This document shows, in pieces, positions 62,994 through 64,000 of a stretch of DNA of 64,000 bases. Within the stretch, counting starts at the first letter, position 1. Each line of letters starts with the position of its first letter. The stretch lies in the NCBI GenBank assembly GCA_963715335.1, contig CAVQRZ010000001.1:32001-96000 (forward strand). The letters are read 5' to 3'. The notes beneath the pieces are model-generated. The model did no database searches. It was given only the letters and a program-made list of their open reading frames with translations, and had not been told where the DNA came from. This DNA comes from an uncultured delta proteobacterium (GTDB lineage: Bacteria; Desulfobacterota; Desulfuromonadia; Desulfuromonadales; BM103). The translations under genes were made by a program, and so were the position numbers.

Positions 62994-63563
62994 CTATGTG
63001 TGCTTGAATTCCACCTTGACGTCCCGCCGGTGCTCCGGATCAATTTGCCACAAGGTTCGCTTGGCAAAGTTAAAGAGTTGGGCAACGAGGACATCAGGGA
63101 ACTGTTCAACCCGGATATTATATATGTTCACCGACTCGTTGAGGAATTCACGGCGATCCGCAATCTGGTCTTCAAGTTCGGTAATCCGGTATCCGAGCTG
63201 CTGGAAAGACTTGTCCGCCTTGAGGTCCGGGTATCGTTCAACCACCATGAATAACGACTTGAGAGTGTCCGTCAACATGTTCTGGGCCTGGACTTTCTGC
63301 TCATCGGTCTGGGCCTGGCTGGCCATGGAGCGGGCCTTGATGACGGCCTCCAGAGTCTTCTGCTCGTGTTGCATATACCCCTCGCAGACCTTGATCAATT
63401 TTGGCAGCTCGTCGTAACGCTGCTTGAGGAGGACATCGATATTGCTCCAGTTGCGTTCGATGTTGTTCTTCAGAGCCACGAAGCCATTGTAAATTGTAAT
63501 GGCATAGAGAACCAGCACAGCAAGGACAAAAACCAGGGTTCCGAGAACTATCCAGCCTGTCAT
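62994..63563 (-). CDS. lemA: LemA family protein
   Basis: YN.FV.L.N..WSNIDVLLKQRYD..P.L, E.YPDLKA, YN....FP. Confidence 0.95.
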   Translation of the reverse strand: MTGWIVLGTLVFVLAVLVLYAITIYNGFVALKNNIERNWSNIDVLLKQRYDELPKLIKVCEGYMQHEQKTLEAVIKARSMASQAQTDEQKVQAQNMLTDTLKSLFMVVERYPDLKADKSFQQLGYRITELEDQIADRREFLNESVNIYNIRVEQFPDVLVAQLFNFAKRTLWQIDPEHRRDVKVEFKHT

Positions 63564-63588
63564 GTTGATACCTCCAAACGTTTCTAAG

Positions 63589-64000
63589 TCAAACGCCGAT
63601 AAACGCCAGGAACCAGTAGAGGGCCAGGCCGGCGACACACAATCCTGACAGCAGAAGGGGGATACTGGCCAGCCGGTAGTTGCGGGTCAGGTTTGCTTCG
63701 CCAGGGGTTTCGGCGACGACGAAAGGGATGCCGCGCTGTGGCGCCCGGGTGATCACGACATGGCTCTCCTGGCGCCTGCCACCGGCCCCTTCCGCCAGGT
63801 GCTCGCCGAGGGCCTGCTGCTCCGCATCGCTTCTGGCGATATCCCATTCACCGTCACTGAGCCGACCGTCCCCGTCTGTATCGTAGCGGTGTAAAGCGTG
63901 ACGGTCAAGCTTGAGATCACGCAATTTTTCCGTGGCCCGCTCGCGCAGGCTCTTCCGCGGCTCCCGCAGCGGCCGGGCGAAACCGAGGACATAGACTGAC
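63589..64000 (-). CDS. 3' part of a LemA-associated (GIDE-like) membrane protein, truncated by window end
   Basis: Open frame to window edge (VYVLG.AR..), EF-hand-like DTDGDGRLSDGEW, C-terminal TM helix. Confidence 0.7.
   Translation of the reverse strand, partial: SVYVLGFARPLREPRKSLRERATEKLRDLKLDRHALHRYDTDGDGRLSDGEWDIARSDAEQQALGEHLAEGAGGRRQESHVVITRAPQRGIPFVVAETPGEANLTRNYRLASIPLLLSGLCVAGLALYWFLAFIGV

Overview
A 64-kb stretch of mostly core, GC-rich chromosome from a Desulfuromonadales-like deltaproteobacterium (lineage inferred from gene content). It carries glmS/glmU, a sigma54-controlled hsp20-hsp20-clpB module, a JAB-DinG helicase, an AlaA-like aminotransferase, gshA-like ligase, transketolase, an ECF sigma module, a porin operon, the methylmalonyl-CoA pathway, mqnB/mqnD, a serine cluster, aroF and tRNA-Phe. 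An AT-richer accessory block follows (nrfHA, SCO/PCuAC, Bax-like, cysteine synthase family), then lemA. The best signals are missing from the ORF track: (1) a complete classical attenuator with a 14-Ala leader peptide upstream of the aminotransferase; (2) a Phe/Trp/Tyr leader attenuator upstream of aroF; (3) an AhpD-like selenoprotein (CPDU) with a SECIS hairpin; (4) a structured 0.5-0.7 kb repeat family lying only between convergent genes; (5) sigma54 promoters, enhancer repeats and a shared XRE-type operator; (6) a 45-aa CxxC lipoprotein. Single-base indels in glmU, tkt, the anti-sigma gene and the porin most likely reflect assembly error. No database searches were run.
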